Positions 26,225 through 41,400 of a stretch of 64,000 nt of DNA are shown here, in pieces; position 1 is the first letter of the stretch; every line of letters starts with the position of its first letter. This stretch comes from Auanema rhodensis (lineage: Eukaryota; Animalia; Nematoda): positions 124,001 to 188,000 of the forward strand of contig CAXKVF010000087.1 of the NCBI GenBank assembly GCA_964057225.1, read 5' to 3'. A program made the translations under genes and the position numbers. Below the pieces are notes generated by a model that had not been told where the DNA came from, made no database searches, and saw only the letters and a list, made by a program, of their open reading frames with translations.

Positions 26225-29200
26225 TGGTATGTAACTCGCTTCACGTGAAAGATAAAGAGATGCGGTTTTCAAAATTAGATTCCCCATGTCCATATTAGTC
26301 TAAAAACAAATTTTTATTGATATTGGTGCATGGTAACCATGACTTTGAAATTTACGTGAACTTTAATTTATGCTAATTAAATGTACACGTGATGTGCACT
26401 TGGTATGTAACTCGCTTCACGTGAAAGATAAAGAGATGCGGTTTTCAAAATTAGATTCCCCATGTCCATATTAGTCTAAAAACAAATTTTTATTGATATT
26501 GCTTCATGGTAACCATGACTTTGAAATTTACGTGAACTTTAATTTATGCTAATTAAATGTACACGTGATGTGCACTTGGTATGTAACTCGCTTCACGTGA
26601 AAGATAAAGAGATGCGGTTTTCAAAATTAGATTCCCCATGTCCATATTAGTCTAAAAACAAATTTTTATTGATATTGGTGCATGGTAACCATGACTTTGA
26701 AATTTACGTGAACTTTAATTTATGCTAATTAAATGTACACTTGATGTGCACTTGGTATGTAACTCGCTTCACGTGAAAGATAAAAAGATGCGGTTTTCAA
26801 AATTAGATTCCCCATGTCCATATTAGTCTAAAAAGAAATTTTTATTGATATTGGTGCATGGTAACCATGACTTTGAAATTTACGTGAACTTTAATTTATG
26901 CTAATTAAATGTACACGTGATGTGCACTTGGTATGTAACTCGCTTCACGTGAAAGATGAAGAGATGCGGTTTTCAAAATTAGATTCCCCATGTCCATATT
27001 AGTCTAAAAACAAATTTTTATTGATATTGGTGCATGGTAACCATGACTTTGAAATTTACGTGAACTTTAATTTATGCTAATTAAATGTACACGTGATGTG
27101 CACTTGGTATGTAACTCGCTTCACGTGAAAGATAAAGAGATGCGGTTTTCAAAATTAGATTCCCCATGTCCATATTAGTCTAAAAACAAATTTTTATTGA
27201 TATTGGTTCATGGTAACCATGACTTTGAAATTTACGTGAACTTTAATTTATGCTAATTAAATGTACACGTGATGGGCACTTGGTATGTAACTCGCTTCAC
27301 GTGAAAGATAAAAAGATGCGGTTTTCAAAATTAGATTCCCCCTGTCCATATTAGTCTAAAAACAAATTTTTATTGATATTGCTTCATGGTAACCATGACT
27401 TTGAAATTTACGTGAACTTTAATTTATGCTAATTAAATGTACACGTGATGTGCACTTGGTATGTAACTCGCTTCACGTGAAAGATAAAGAGATGCGGTTT
27501 TCAAAATTAGATTCCCCATGTCCATATTAGTCTAAAAACAAATTTTTATTGATATTGCTTCATGGTAACCATGACTTTGAAATTTACGTGAACTTTAATT
27601 TATGCTAATTAAATGTACACGTGATGTGCACTTGGTATGTAACTCGCTTCACGTGAAAGATAAAGAGATGCGGTTTTCAAAATTAGATTCCCCATGTCCA
27701 TATTAGTCTAAAAACAAATTTTTATTGATATTGGTGCATGGTAACCATGACTTTGAAATTTACGTGAACTTTAATTTATGCTAATTAAATGTACACGTGA
27801 TGTGCACTTGGTATGTAACTCGCTTCACGTGAAAGATGAAGAGATGCGGGTTTCAAAATTAGATTCCCCATGTCCATATTAGTCTAAAAACAAATTTTTA
27901 TTGATATTGGTTCATGGTAACCATGACTTTGAAATTTACGTGAACTTTAATTTATGCTAATTAAATGTACACGTGATGTGCACTTGGTATGTAACTCGCT
28001 TCACGTGAAAGATAAAGAGATGCGGTTTTCAAAATTAGATTCCCCATGTCCATATTAGTCTAAAAACAAATTTTTATTGATATTGGTGCATGGTAACCAT
28101 GACTTTGAAATTTACGTGAACTTTAATTTATGCTAATTAAATGTACACGTGATGTGCACTTGGTATGTAACTCGCTTCACGTGAAAGATAAAGAGATGCG
28201 GTTTTCACAATTAGATTCCCCATGTCCATATTAGTCTAAAAACAAATTTTTATTGATATTGGTTCATGGTAACCATGACTTTGAAATTTACGTGAACTTT
28301 AATTTATGCTAATTAAATGTACACGTGATGTGCACTTGGTATGTAACTCGCTTCACGTGAAAGATGAAGAGATGCGGTTTTCAAAATTAGATTCCCCATG
28401 TCCATATTAGTCTAAAAACAAATTTTTATTGATATTGCTACATGGTAACCATGACTTTGAAATTTACGTGAACTTTAATTTATGCTAATTAAATGTACAC
28501 GTGATGTGCACTTGGTATGTAACTCGCTTCACGTGAAAGATAAAGAGATGCGGTTTTCAAAATTAGATTCCCCATGTCCATATTAGTCTAAAAACAAATT
28601 TTTATTGATATTGGTGCATGGTAACCATGACTTTGAAATTTACGTGAACTTTAATTTATGCTAATTAAATGTACACTTGATGTGCACTTGGTATGTAACT
28701 CGCTTCACGTGAGAGATAAAGAGATGCGGTTTTCAAAATTAGATTCCCCATGTCCATATTAGTCTAAAAACAAATTTTTATTGATATTGGTGCATGGTAA
28801 CCATGACTTTGAAATTTACGTGAACTTTAATTTATGCTAATTAAATGTACACGTGATGTGCACTTGGTATGTAACTCGCTTCACGTGAAAGATGAAGAGA
28901 TGCGGTTTTCAAAATTAGATTCCCCATGTCCATATTAGTCTAAAAACAAATTTTTATTGATATTGGTGCATGGTAACCATGACTTTGAAATTTACGTGAA
29001 CTTTAATTTATGCTAATTAAATGTACACGTGATGTGCACTTGGTATGTAACTCGCTTCACGTGAAAGATGAAGAGATGCGGTTTTCAAAATTAGATTCCC
29101 CATGTCCATATTAGTCTAAAAACAAATTTTTATTGATATTGCTTCATGGTAACCATGACTTTGAAATTTACGTGAACTTTAATTTATGCTAATTAAATGT

Positions 29201-32200
29201 ACACGTGATGTGCACTTGGTATGTAACTCGCTTCACGTGAAAGATAAAGAGATGCGGTTTTCAAAATTAGATTCCCCATGTCCATATTAGTCTAAAAACG
29301 AATTTTTATTGATATTGGTGCATGGTAACCACGACTTTGAAATTTACGTGAACTTTAATTTATGCTAATTAAATGTACACGTGATGTGCACTTGGTATGT
29401 AACTCGCTTCACGTGAAAGATAAAGAAATGCGGTTTTCAAAATTAGATTCCTCATGTCCATATTAGTTTAAAAACAAATTTTTATTGATATTGGTTCATG
29501 GTAACCATGACTTTGAATTTTACGTGAACTTTAATTTATGCTAATTAAATGTACACGTGATGTGCACTTGGTATGTAACTCGCTTCACGTGAAAGATAAA
29601 GAAATGCGGTTTTCAAAATTAGATTCCTCATGTCCATATTAGTCTAAAAACAAATTTTTATTGATATTGGTTCATGGTAACCATGACTTTGAAATTTACG
29701 TGAACTTTAATTTATGCTAATTAAATGTACACGTGATGTGCACTTGGTATGTAACTCGCTTCACGTGAAAGATAAAGAGATGCGGTTTTCAAAATTAGAT
29801 TCCCCATGTCCATATTAGTCTAAAAACAAATTTTTATTGATATTGCTTCATGGTAACCATGACTTTGAAATTTACGTGAACTTTAATTTATGCTAATTAA
29901 ATGTACACGTGATGGGCACTTGGTATGTAACTCGCTTCACGTGAAAGATAAAGAGATGCGGTTTTCAAAATTAGATTCCCCATGTCCATATTAGTCTAAA
30001 AACAAATTTTTATTGATATTGGTTCATGGTAACCATGACTTTGAAATTTACGTGAACTTTAATTTATGCTAATTAAATGTACACGTGATGTGCACTTGGT
30101 ATGTAATTCGCTTCACGTGAAAGATAAAGAGATGCGGTTTTCAAAATTAGATTCCCCATGTCCATATTAGTCTAAAAACAAATTTTTATTGATATTGGTT
30201 CATGGTAACCATGACTTTGAAATTTACGTGAACTTTAATTAATGCTAATTAAATGTACACGTGATGTGCACTTGGTATGTAACTCGCTTCACGTGAAAGA
30301 TAAAGAGATGCGGTTTTCAAAATTAGATTCCCCATGTCCATATTAGTCTAAAAACAAATTTTTATTGATATTGCTTCATGGTAACCATGACTTTGAAATT
30401 TACGTGAACTTTAATTTATGCTAATTAAATGTACACGTGATGTGCACTTGGTATGTAACTCGCTTCACGTGAAAGATAAAGAGATGCGGTTTTCAAAATT
30501 AGATTCCCCATGTCCATATTAGTCTAAAAACAAATTTTTATTGATATTGGTTCATGGTAACCATGACTTTGAATTTTACGTGAACTTTAATTTATGCTAA
30601 TTAAATGTACACGTGATGTGCACTTGGTATGTAACTCGCTTCACGTGAAAGATAAAGAGATGCGGTTTTCAAAATTAGATTCCCCATGTCCATATTAGTC
30701 TAAAAACAAATTTTTATTGATATTGGTTCATGGTAACCATGACTTTGAAATTTACGTGAACTTTAATTTATGCTAATTAAATGTACACGTGATGTGCACT
30801 TGGTATGTAACTCGCTTCACGTGAAAGATAAAGAGATGCGGTTTTCAAAATTAGATTCCCCATGTCCATATTAGTCTAAAAACAAATTTTTATTGATATT
30901 GGTTCATGGTAACCATGACTTTGAAATTTACGTGAACTTTAATTTATGCTAATTAAATGTACACGTGATGTGCACTTGGTATGTAACTCGCTTCACGTGA
31001 AAGATAAAGAGATGCGGTTTTCAAAATTAGATTCCCCATGTCCATATTAGTCTAAAAACAAATTTTTATTGATATTGGTGCATGGTAACCATGACTTTGA
31101 AATTTACGTGAACTTTAATTTATGCTAATTAAATGTACACGTGATGTGCACTTGGTATGTAACTCGCTTCACGTGAAAGATAAAGAGATGCGGTTTTCAA
31201 AATTAGATTCCCCATGTCCATATTAGTCTAAAAACAAATTTTTATTGATATTGGTTCATGGTAACCATGACTTTGAAATTTACGTGAACTTTAATTTATG
31301 CTAATTAAATGTACACGTGATGTGCACTTGGTATGTAACTCGCTTCACGTGAAAGATAAAGAGATGCGGTTTTCAAAATTAGATTCCCCATGTCCATATT
31401 AGTCTAAAAACAAATTTTTATTGATATTGGTGCATGGTAACCATGACTTTGAAATTTACGTGAACTTTAATTTATGCTAATTAAATGTACACGTGATGTG
31501 CACTTGGTATGTAACTCGCTTCACGTGAAAGATAAAGAGATGCGGTTTTCAAAATTAGATTCCCCATGTCCATATTAGTCTAAAAACAAATTTTTATTGA
31601 TATTGGTTCATGGTAACCATGACTTTGAAATTTACGTGAACTTTAATTTATGCTAATTAAATGTACACGTGATGTGCACTTGGTATGTAACTCGCTTCAC
31701 GTGAAATATAAAGAGATGCGGTTTTCAAAATTAGATTCCCCATGTCCATATTAGTCTAAAAACAAATTTTTATTGATATTGGTGCATGGTAACCATGACT
31801 TTGAAATTTACGTGAACTTTAATTTATGCTAATTAAATGTACACGTGATGTGCACTTGGTATGTAACTCGCTTCACGTGAAAGATAAAGAGATGCGGTTT
31901 TCAAAATTAGATTCCCCATGTCCATATTAGTCTAAAAACAAATTTTTATTGATATTGGTTCATGGTAACCATGACTTTGAATTTTACGTGAACTTTAATT
32001 TATGCTAATTAAATGTACACGTGATGTGCACTTGGTATGTAACTCGCTTCACGTGAAAGATAAAGAGATGCGGTTTTCAAAATTAGATTCCCCATGTCCA
32101 TATTAGTCTAAAAACAATTTTTTATTGATATTGGTTCATGGTAACCATGACTTTGAAATTTACGTGAACTTTAATTTATGCTAATTAAATGTACATGTGA

Positions 32201-33088
32201 TGTGCACTTGGTATGTAACTCGCTTCACGTGAAAGAAGAAGAGATGCGGTTTTCAAAATTAGATTCCCCATGTCCATATTAGTCTAAAAACAAATTTTTA
32301 TTGATATTGGTTCATGGTAACCATGACTTTGAAATTTACGTGAACTTTAATTTATGCTAATTAAATGTACACGTGATGTGCACTTGGTATGTAACTCGCT
32401 TCACGTGAAAGATAAAGAGATGCGGTTTTCAAAATTAGATTCCCCATGTCCATATTAGTCTAAAAACAAATTTTTATTGATATTGGTGCATGGTAACCAT
32501 GACTTTGAAATTTACGTGAACTTTAATTTATGCTAATTAAATGTACACGTGATGTGCACTTGGTATGTAACTCGCTTCACGTGAAAGATAAAGAGATGCG
32601 GTTTTCAAAATTAGATTCCCCATGTCCATATTAGTCTAAAAACAAATTTTTATTGATATTGGTGCATGGTAACCATGACTTTGAAATTTACGTGAACTTT
32701 AATTTATGCTAATTAAATGTACACGTGATGTGCACTTGGTATGTAATTCGCTTCACGTGAAAGATAAAGAGATGCGGTTTTCAAAATTAGATTCCCCATG
32801 TCCATATTAGTCTAAAAACAAATTTTTATTTATATTGGTTCATGGTAACCATGACTTTGAAATTTACGTGAACTTTAATTAATGCTAATTAAATGTACAC
32901 GTGATGTGCACTTGGTATGTAACTCGCTTCACGTGAAAGATAAAGAGATGCGGTTTTCAAAATTAGATTCCCCATGTCCATATTAGTCTAAAAACAAATT
33001 TTTATTGATATTGGTTCATGGTAACCATGACTTTGAAATTTACGTGAACTTTAATTTATGCTAATTAAATGTACACGTGATGTGCACT

Positions 33089-33195
33089 TGGTATGTAACT
33101 CGCTTCACGTGAAAGATAAAGTGCATGGTAACCATGACTTTGAAATTTACGTGAACTTTAATTTATGCTAATTAAATGTACACGTGATGTGCACT
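33089..33195. repeat. Truncated monomer M189 (107 bp) with a 69-bp internal deletion of consensus positions 34-102
   Basis: Junction reads ...GAAAGATAAA-G-TGCATGGTAACC... at 33120-33122. The next monomer starts at 33196 instead of 33265. Confidence 0.97.
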
Positions 33196-36100
33196 TGGTA
33201 TGTAACTCGCTTCACGTGAAAGATAAAGAGATGCGGTTTTCAAAATTAGATTCCCCATGTCCATATTAGTCTAAAAACAAATTTTTATTGATATTGGTTC
33301 ATGGTAACCATGACTTTGAAATTTACGTGAACTTTAATTTATGCTAATTAAATGTACACGTGATGTGCACTTGGTATGTAACTCGCTTCACGTGAAAGAT
33401 AAAGAGATGCGGTTTTCAAAATTAGATTCCCCATGTCCATATTAGTCTAAAAACAAATTTTTATTGATATTGGTGCATGGTAACCATGACTTTGAAATTT
33501 ACGTGAACTTTAATTTATGCTAATTAAATGTACACGTGATGTGCACTTGGTATGTAATTCGCTTCACGTGAAAGATAAAGAGATGCGGTTTTCAAAATTA
33601 GATTCCCCATGTCCATATTAGTCTAAAAACAAATTTTTATTGATATTGGTTCATGGTAACCATGACTTTGAAATTTACGTGAACTTTAATTAATGCTAAT
33701 TAAATGTACACGTGATGTGCACTTGGTATGTAACTCGCTTCACGTGAAAGATAAAGAGATGCGGTTTTCAAAATTAGATTCCCCATGTCCATATTAGTCT
33801 AAAAACAAATTTTTATTGATATTGCTTCATGGTAACCATGACTTTGAAATTTACGTGAACTTTAATTTATGCTAATTAAATGTACACGTGATGTGCACTT
33901 GGTATGTAACTCGCTTCACGTGAAAGATAAAGAGATGCGGTTTTCAAAATTAGATTCCCCATGTCCATATTAGTCTAAAAACAAATTTTTATTGATATTG
34001 GTTCATGGTAACCATGACTTTGAAATTTACGTGAACTTTAATTTATGCTAATTAAATGTACACGTGATGTGCACTTGGTATGTAACTCGCTTCACGTGAA
34101 AGATAAAGAGATGCGGTTTTCAAAATTAGATTCCCCATGTCCATATTAGTCTAAAAACAAATTTTTATTGATATTGGTTCATGGTAACCATGACTTTGAA
34201 TTTTACGTGAACTTTAATTTATGCTAATTAAATGTACACGTGATGTGCACTTGGTATGTAACTCGCTTCACGTGAAAGATAAAGAGATGCGGTTTTCAAA
34301 ATTAGATTCCCCATGTCCATATTAGTCTAAAAACAAATTTTTATTGATATTGGTGCATGGTAACCATGACTTTGAAATTTACGTGAACTTTAATTTATGC
34401 TAATTAAATGTACACGTGATGTGCACTTGGTATGTAACTCGCTTCACGTGAAAGATGAAGAGATGCGGTTTTCAAAATTAGATTCCCCATGTCCATATTA
34501 GTCTAAAAACAAATTTTTATTGATATTGGTTCATGGTAACCATGACTTTGAAATTTACGTGAACTTTAATTTATGCTAATTAAATGTACACGTGATGTGC
34601 ACTTGGTATGTAACTCGCTTCACGTGAAAGATAAAGAGATGCGGTTTTCAAAATTAGATTCCCCATGTCCATATTAGTCTAAAAACAAATTTTTATTGAT
34701 ATTGGTGCATGGTAACCATGACTTTGAAATTTACGTGAACTTTAATTTATGCTAATTAAATGTACACGTGATGTGCACTTGGTATGTAACTCGCTTCACG
34801 TGAAAGATAAAGAGATGCGGTTTTCAAAATTAGATTCCCCATGTCCATATTAGTCTAAAAACAAATTTTTATTGATATTGGTTCATGGTAACCATGACTT
34901 TGAAATTTACGTGAACTTTAATTTATGCTAATTAAATGTACACGTGATGTGCACTTGGTATGTAACTCGCTTCACGTGAAAGATAAAGAGATGCGGTTTT
35001 CAAAATTAGATTCCCCATGTCCATATTAGTCTAAAAACAAATTTTTATTGATATTGGTGCATGGTAACCATGACTTTGAAATTTACGTGAACTTTAATTT
35101 ATGCTAATTAAATGTACACGTGATGTGCACTTGGTATGTAATTCGCTTCACGTGAAAGATAAAGAGATGCGGTTTTCAAAATTAGATTCCCCATGTCCAT
35201 ATTAGTCTAAAAACAAATTTTTATTGATATTGGTTCATGGTAACCATGACTTTGAAATTTACGTGAACTTTAATTAATGCTAATTAAATGTACACGTGAT
35301 GTGCACTTGGTATGTAACTCGCTTCACGTGAAAGATAAAGAGATGCGGTTTTCAAAATTAGATTCCCCATGTCCATATTAGTCTAAAAACAAATTTTTAT
35401 TGATATTGCTTCATGGTAACCATGACTTTGAAATTTACGTGAACTTTAATTTATGCTAATTAAATGTACACGTGATGTGCACTTGGTATGTAACTCGCTT
35501 CACGTGAAAGATAAAGAGATGCGGTTTTCAAAATTAGATTCCCCATGTCCATATTAGTCTAAAAACAAATTTTTATTGATATTGGTTCATGGTAACCATG
35601 ACTTTGAAATTTACGTGAACTTTAATTTATGCTAATTAAATGTACACGTGATGTGCACTTGGTATGTAACTCGCTTCACGTGAAAGATAAAGAGATGCGG
35701 TTTTCAAAATTAGATTCCCCATGTCCATATTAGTCTAAAAACAAATTTTTATTGATATTGGTTCATGGTAACCATGACTTTGAATTTTACGTGAACTTTA
35801 ATTTATGCTAATTAAATGTACACGTGATGTGCACTTGGTATGTAACTCGCTTCACGTGAAAGATAAAGAGATGCGGTTTTCAAAATTAGATTCCCCATGT
35901 CCATATTAGTCTAAAAACAAATTTTTATTGATATTGGTGCATGGTAACCATGACTTTGAAATTTACGTGAACTTTAATTTATGCTAATTAAATGTACACG
36001 TGATGTGCACTTGGTATGTAACTCGCTTCACGTGAAAGATGAAGAGATGCGGTTTTCAAAATTAGATTCCCCATGTCCATATTAGTCTAAAAACAAATTT

Positions 36101-36715
36101 TTATTGATATTGGTTCATGGTAACCATGACTTTGAAATTTACGTGAACTTTAATTTATGCTAATTAAATGTACACGTGATGTGCACTTGGTATGTAACTC
36201 GCTTCACGTGAAAGATAAAGAGATGCGGTTTTCAAAATTAGATTCCCCATGTCCATATTAGTCTAAAAACAAATTTTTATTGATATTGGTGCATGGTAAC
36301 CATGACTTTGAAATTTACGTGAACTTTAATTTATGCTAATTAAATGTACACGTGATGTGCACTTGGTATGTAACTCGCTTCACGTGAAAGATAAAGAGAT
36401 GCGGTTTTCAAAATTAGATTCCCCATGTCCATATTAGTCTAAAAACAAATTTTTATTGATATTGGTTCATGGTAACCATGACTTTGAAATTTACGTGAAC
36501 TTTAATTTATGCTAATTAAATGTACACGTGATGTGCACTTGGTATGTAACTCGCTTCACGTGAAAGATAAAGAGATGCGGTTTTCAAAATTAGATTCCCC
36601 ATGTCCATATTAGTCTAAAAACAAATTTTTATTGATATTGGTGCATGGTAACCATGACTTTGAAATTTACGTGAACTTTAATTTATGCTAATTAAATGTA
36701 CACGTGATGTGCACT
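33196..36715. repeat. 9-mer HOR, ~2.2 copies (M190-M209)
   Basis: T; G; 11T+145A; GCTT; T; 126T; G; 30G; G, repeated at 1584 bp. Confidence 0.88.
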
Positions 36716-38475
36716 TGGTATGTAACTCGCTTCACGTGAAAGATAAAGAGATGCGGTTTTCAAAATTAGATTCCCCATGTCCATATTAGTCTAAAAACAA
36801 ATTTTTATTGATATTGGTTCATGGTAACCATGACTTTGAAATTTACGTGAACTTTAATTTATGCTAATTAAATGTACACGTGATGTGCACTTGGTATGTA
36901 ACTCGCTTCACGTGAAAGATAAAGAGATGCGGTTTTCAAAATTAGATTCCCCATGTCCATATTAGTCTAAAAACAAATTTTTATTGATATTGGTTCATGG
37001 TAACCATGACTTTGAATTTTACGTGAACTTTAATTTATGCTAATTAAATGTACACGTGATGTGCACTTGGTATGTAACTCGCTTCACGTGAAAGATAAAG
37101 AGATGCGGTTTTCAAAATTAGATTCCCCATGTCCATATTAGTCTAAAAACAAATTTTTATTGATATTGGTGCATGGTAACCATGACTTTGAAATTTACGT
37201 GAACTTTAATTTATGCTAATTAAATGTACACGTGATGTGCACTTGGTATGTAACTCGCTTCACGTGAAAGATGAAGAGATGCGGTTTTCAAAATTAGATT
37301 CCCCATGTCCATATTAGTCTAAAAACAAATTTTTATTGATATTGGTTCATGGTAACCATGACTTTGAAATTTACGTGAACTTTAATTTATGCTAATTAAA
37401 TGTACACGTGATGTGCACTTGGTATGTAACTCGCTTCACGTGAAAGATAAAGAGATGCGGTTTTCAAAATTAGATTCCCCATGTCCATATTAGTCTAAAA
37501 ACAAATTTTTATTGATATTGGTGCATGGTAACCATGACTTTGAAATTTACGTGAACTTTAATTTATGCTAATTAAATGTACACGTGATGTGCACTTGGTA
37601 TGTAACTCGCTTCACGTGAAAGATAAAGAGATGCGGTTTTCAAAATTAGATTCCCCATGTCCATATTAGTCTAAAAACAAATTTTTATTGATATTGGTTC
37701 ATGGTAACCATGACTTTGAAATTTACGTGAACTTTAATTTATGCTAATTAAATGTACACGTGATGTGCACTTGGTATGTAACTCGCTTCACGTGAAAGAT
37801 AAAGAGATGCGGTTTTCAAAATTAGATTCCCCATGTCCATATTAGTCTAAAAACAAATTTTTATTGATATTGGTTCATGGTAACCATGACTTTGAATTTT
37901 ACGTGAACTTTAATTTATGCTAATTAAATGTACACGTGATGTGCACTTGGTATGTAACTCGCTTCACGTGAAAGATAAAGAGATGCGGTTTTCAAAATTA
38001 GATTCCCCATGTCCATATTAGTCTAAAAACAAATTTTTATTGATATTGGTGCATGGTAACCATGACTTTGAAATTTACGTGAACTTTAATTTATGCTAAT
38101 TAAATGTACACGTGATGTGCACTTGGTATGTAACTCGCTTCACGTGAAAGATGAAGAGATGCGGTTTTCAAAATTAGATTCCCCATGTCCATATTAGTCT
38201 AAAAACAAATTTTTATTGATATTGGTTCATGGTAACCATGACTTTGAAATTTACGTGAACTTTAATTTATGCTAATTAAATGTACACGTGATGTGCACTT
38301 GGTATGTAACTCGCTTCACGTGAAAGATAAAGAGATGCGGTTTTCAAAATTAGATTCCCCATGTCCATATTAGTCTAAAAACAAATTTTTATTGATATTG
38401 GTGCATGGTAACCATGACTTTGAAATTTACGTGAACTTTAATTTATGCTAATTAAATGTACACGTGATGTGCACT
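36716..38475. repeat. 5-mer HOR x2 (M210-214 / M215-219), a sub-segment of the preceding 9-mer
   Basis: T; 126T; G; 30G; G, repeated at 880 bp. Confidence 0.85.
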
Positions 38476-41400
38476 TGGTATGTAACTCGCTTCACGTGAA
38501 AGATAAAGAGATGCGGTTTTCAAAATTAGATTCCCCATGTCCATATTAGTCTAAAAACAAATTTTTATTGATATTGGTTCATGGTAACCATGACTTTGAA
38601 ATTTACGTGAACTTTAATTTATGCTAATTAAATGTACACGTGATGTGCACTTGGTATGTAACTCGCTTCACGTGAAAGATAAAGAGATGCGGTTTTCAAA
38701 ATTAGATTCCCCATGTCCATATTAGTCTAAAAACAAATTTTTATTGATATTGGTGCATGGTAACCATGACTTTGAAATTTACGTGAACTTTAATTTATGC
38801 TAATTAAATGTACACGTGATGTGCACTTGGTATGTAACTCGCTTCACGTGAAAGATAAAGAGATGCGGTTTTCAAAATTAGATTCCCCATGTCCATATTA
38901 GTCTAAAAACAAATTTTTATTGATATTGGTTCATGGTAACCATGACTTTGAAATTTACGTGAACTTTAATTTATGCTAATTAAATGTACACGTGATGTGC
39001 ACTTGGTATGTAACTCGCTTCACGTGAAAGATAAAGAGATGCGGTTTTCAAAATTAGATTCCCCATGTCCATATTAGTCTAAAAACAAATTTTTATTGAT
39101 ATTGCTTCATGGTAACCATGACTTTGAAATTTACGTGAACTTTAATTTATGCTAATTAAATGTACACGTGATGTGCACTTGGTATGTAATTCGCTTCACG
39201 TGAAAGATAAAGAGATGCGGTTTTCAAAATTAGATTCCCCATGTCCATATTAGTCTAAAAACAAATTTTTATTGATATTGGTGCATGGTAACCATGACTT
39301 TGAAATTTACGTGAACTTTAATTTATGCTAATTAAATGTACATGTGATGTGCACTTGGTATGTAACTCGCTTCACGTGAAAGAAGAAGAGATGCGGTTTT
39401 CAAAATTAGATTCCCCATGTCCATATTAGTCTAAGAACAAATTTTTATTGATATTGGTTCATGGTAACCATGACTTTGAAATTTACGTGAACTTTAATTT
39501 ATGCTAATTAAATGTACACGTGATGTGCACTTGGTATGTAACTCGCTTCACGTGAAAGATAAAGAGATGCGGTTTTCAAAATTAGATTCCCCATGTCCAT
39601 ATTAGTCTAAAAACAAATTTTTATTGATATTGGTGCATGGTAACCATGACTTTGAAATTTACGTGAACTTTAATTTATGCTAATTAAATGTACACGTGAT
39701 GTGCACTTGGTATGTAACTCGCTTCACGTGAAAGATGAAGAGATGCGGTTTTCAAAATTAGATTTCCCATGTCCATATTAGTCTAAAAACAAATTTTTAT
39801 TGATATTGGTGCATGGTAACCATGACTTTGAAATTTACGTGAACTTTAATTTATGCTAATTAAATGTACACGTGATGTGCACTTGGTATGTAACTCGCTT
39901 CACGTGAAAGATGAAGAGATGCGGTTTTCAAAATTAGATTCCCCATGTCCATATTAGTCTAAAAACAAATTTTTATTGATATTGGTGCATGGTAACCATG
40001 ACTTTGAAATTTACGTGAACTTTAATTTATGCTAATTAAATGTACACGTGATGTGCACTTGGTATGTAACTCGCTTCACGTGAAAGATGAAGAGATGCGG
40101 TTTTCAAAATTAGATTCCCCATGTCCATATTAGTCTAAAAACAAATTTTTATTGATATTGGTTCATGGTAACCATGACTTTGAAATTTACGTGAACTTTA
40201 ATTTATGCTAATTAAATGTACACGTGATGTGCACTTGGTATGTAACTCGCTTCACGTGAAAGATAAAGAGATGCGGTTTTCAAAATTAGATTCCCCATGT
40301 CCATATTAGTCTAAAAACAAATTTTTATTGATATTGGTGCATGGTAACCATGACTTTGAAATTTACGTGAACTTTAATTTATGCTAATTAAATGTACACG
40401 TGATGTGCACTTGGTATGTAACTCGCTTCACGTGAAAGATAAAGAGATGCGGTTTTCAAAATTAGATTCCCCATGTCCATATTAGTCTAAAAACAAATTT
40501 TTATTGATATTGGTGCATGGTAACCATGACTTTGAAATTTACGTGAACTTTAATTTATGCTAATTAAATGTACACGTGATGTGCACTTGGTATGTAACTC
40601 GCTTCACGTGAAAGATAAAGAGATGCGGTTTTCAAAATTAGATTCCCCATGTCCATATTAGTCTAAAAACAAATTTTTATTGATATTGGTTCATGGTAAC
40701 CATGACTTTGAAATTTACGTGAACTTTAATTTATGCTAATTAAATGTACACGTGATGTGCACTTGGTATGTAACTCGCTTCACGTGAAAGATAAAGAGAT
40801 GCGGTTTTCAAAATTAGATTCCCCATGTCCATATTAGTCTAAAAACAAATTTTTATTGATATTGGTTCATGGTAACCATGACTTTGAAATTTACGTGAAC
40901 TTTAATTAATGCTAATTAAATGTACACGTGATGTGCACTTGGTATGTAACTCGCTTCACGTGAAAGATAAAGAGATGCGGTTTTCAAAATTAGATTCCCC
41001 ATGTCCATATTAGTCTAAAAACAAATTTTTATTGATATTGGTTCATGGTAACCATGACTTTGAAATTTACGTGAACTTTAATTTATGCTAATTAAATGTA
41101 CACGTGATGTGCACTTGGTATGTAACTCGCTTCACGTGAAAGATAAAGAGATGCGGTTTTCAAAATTAGATTCCCCATGTCCATATTAGTCTAAAAACAA
41201 ATTTTTATTGATATTGCTTCATGGTAACCATGACTTTGAAATTTACGTGAACTTTAATTTATGCTAATTAAATGTACACGTGATGTGCACTTGGTATGTA
41301 ACTCGCTTCACGTGAAAGATAAAGAGATGCGGTTTTCAAAATTAGATTCCCCATGTCCATATTAGTCTAAAAACAAATTTTTATTGATATTGGTTCATGG

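Noticed and set aside
30097-30125. CENP-B-box-like TTCGNNNNA created by the 11T variant
   Set aside because: Lacks the required CGGG half (reads TGAA) and occurs in only a few monomers.
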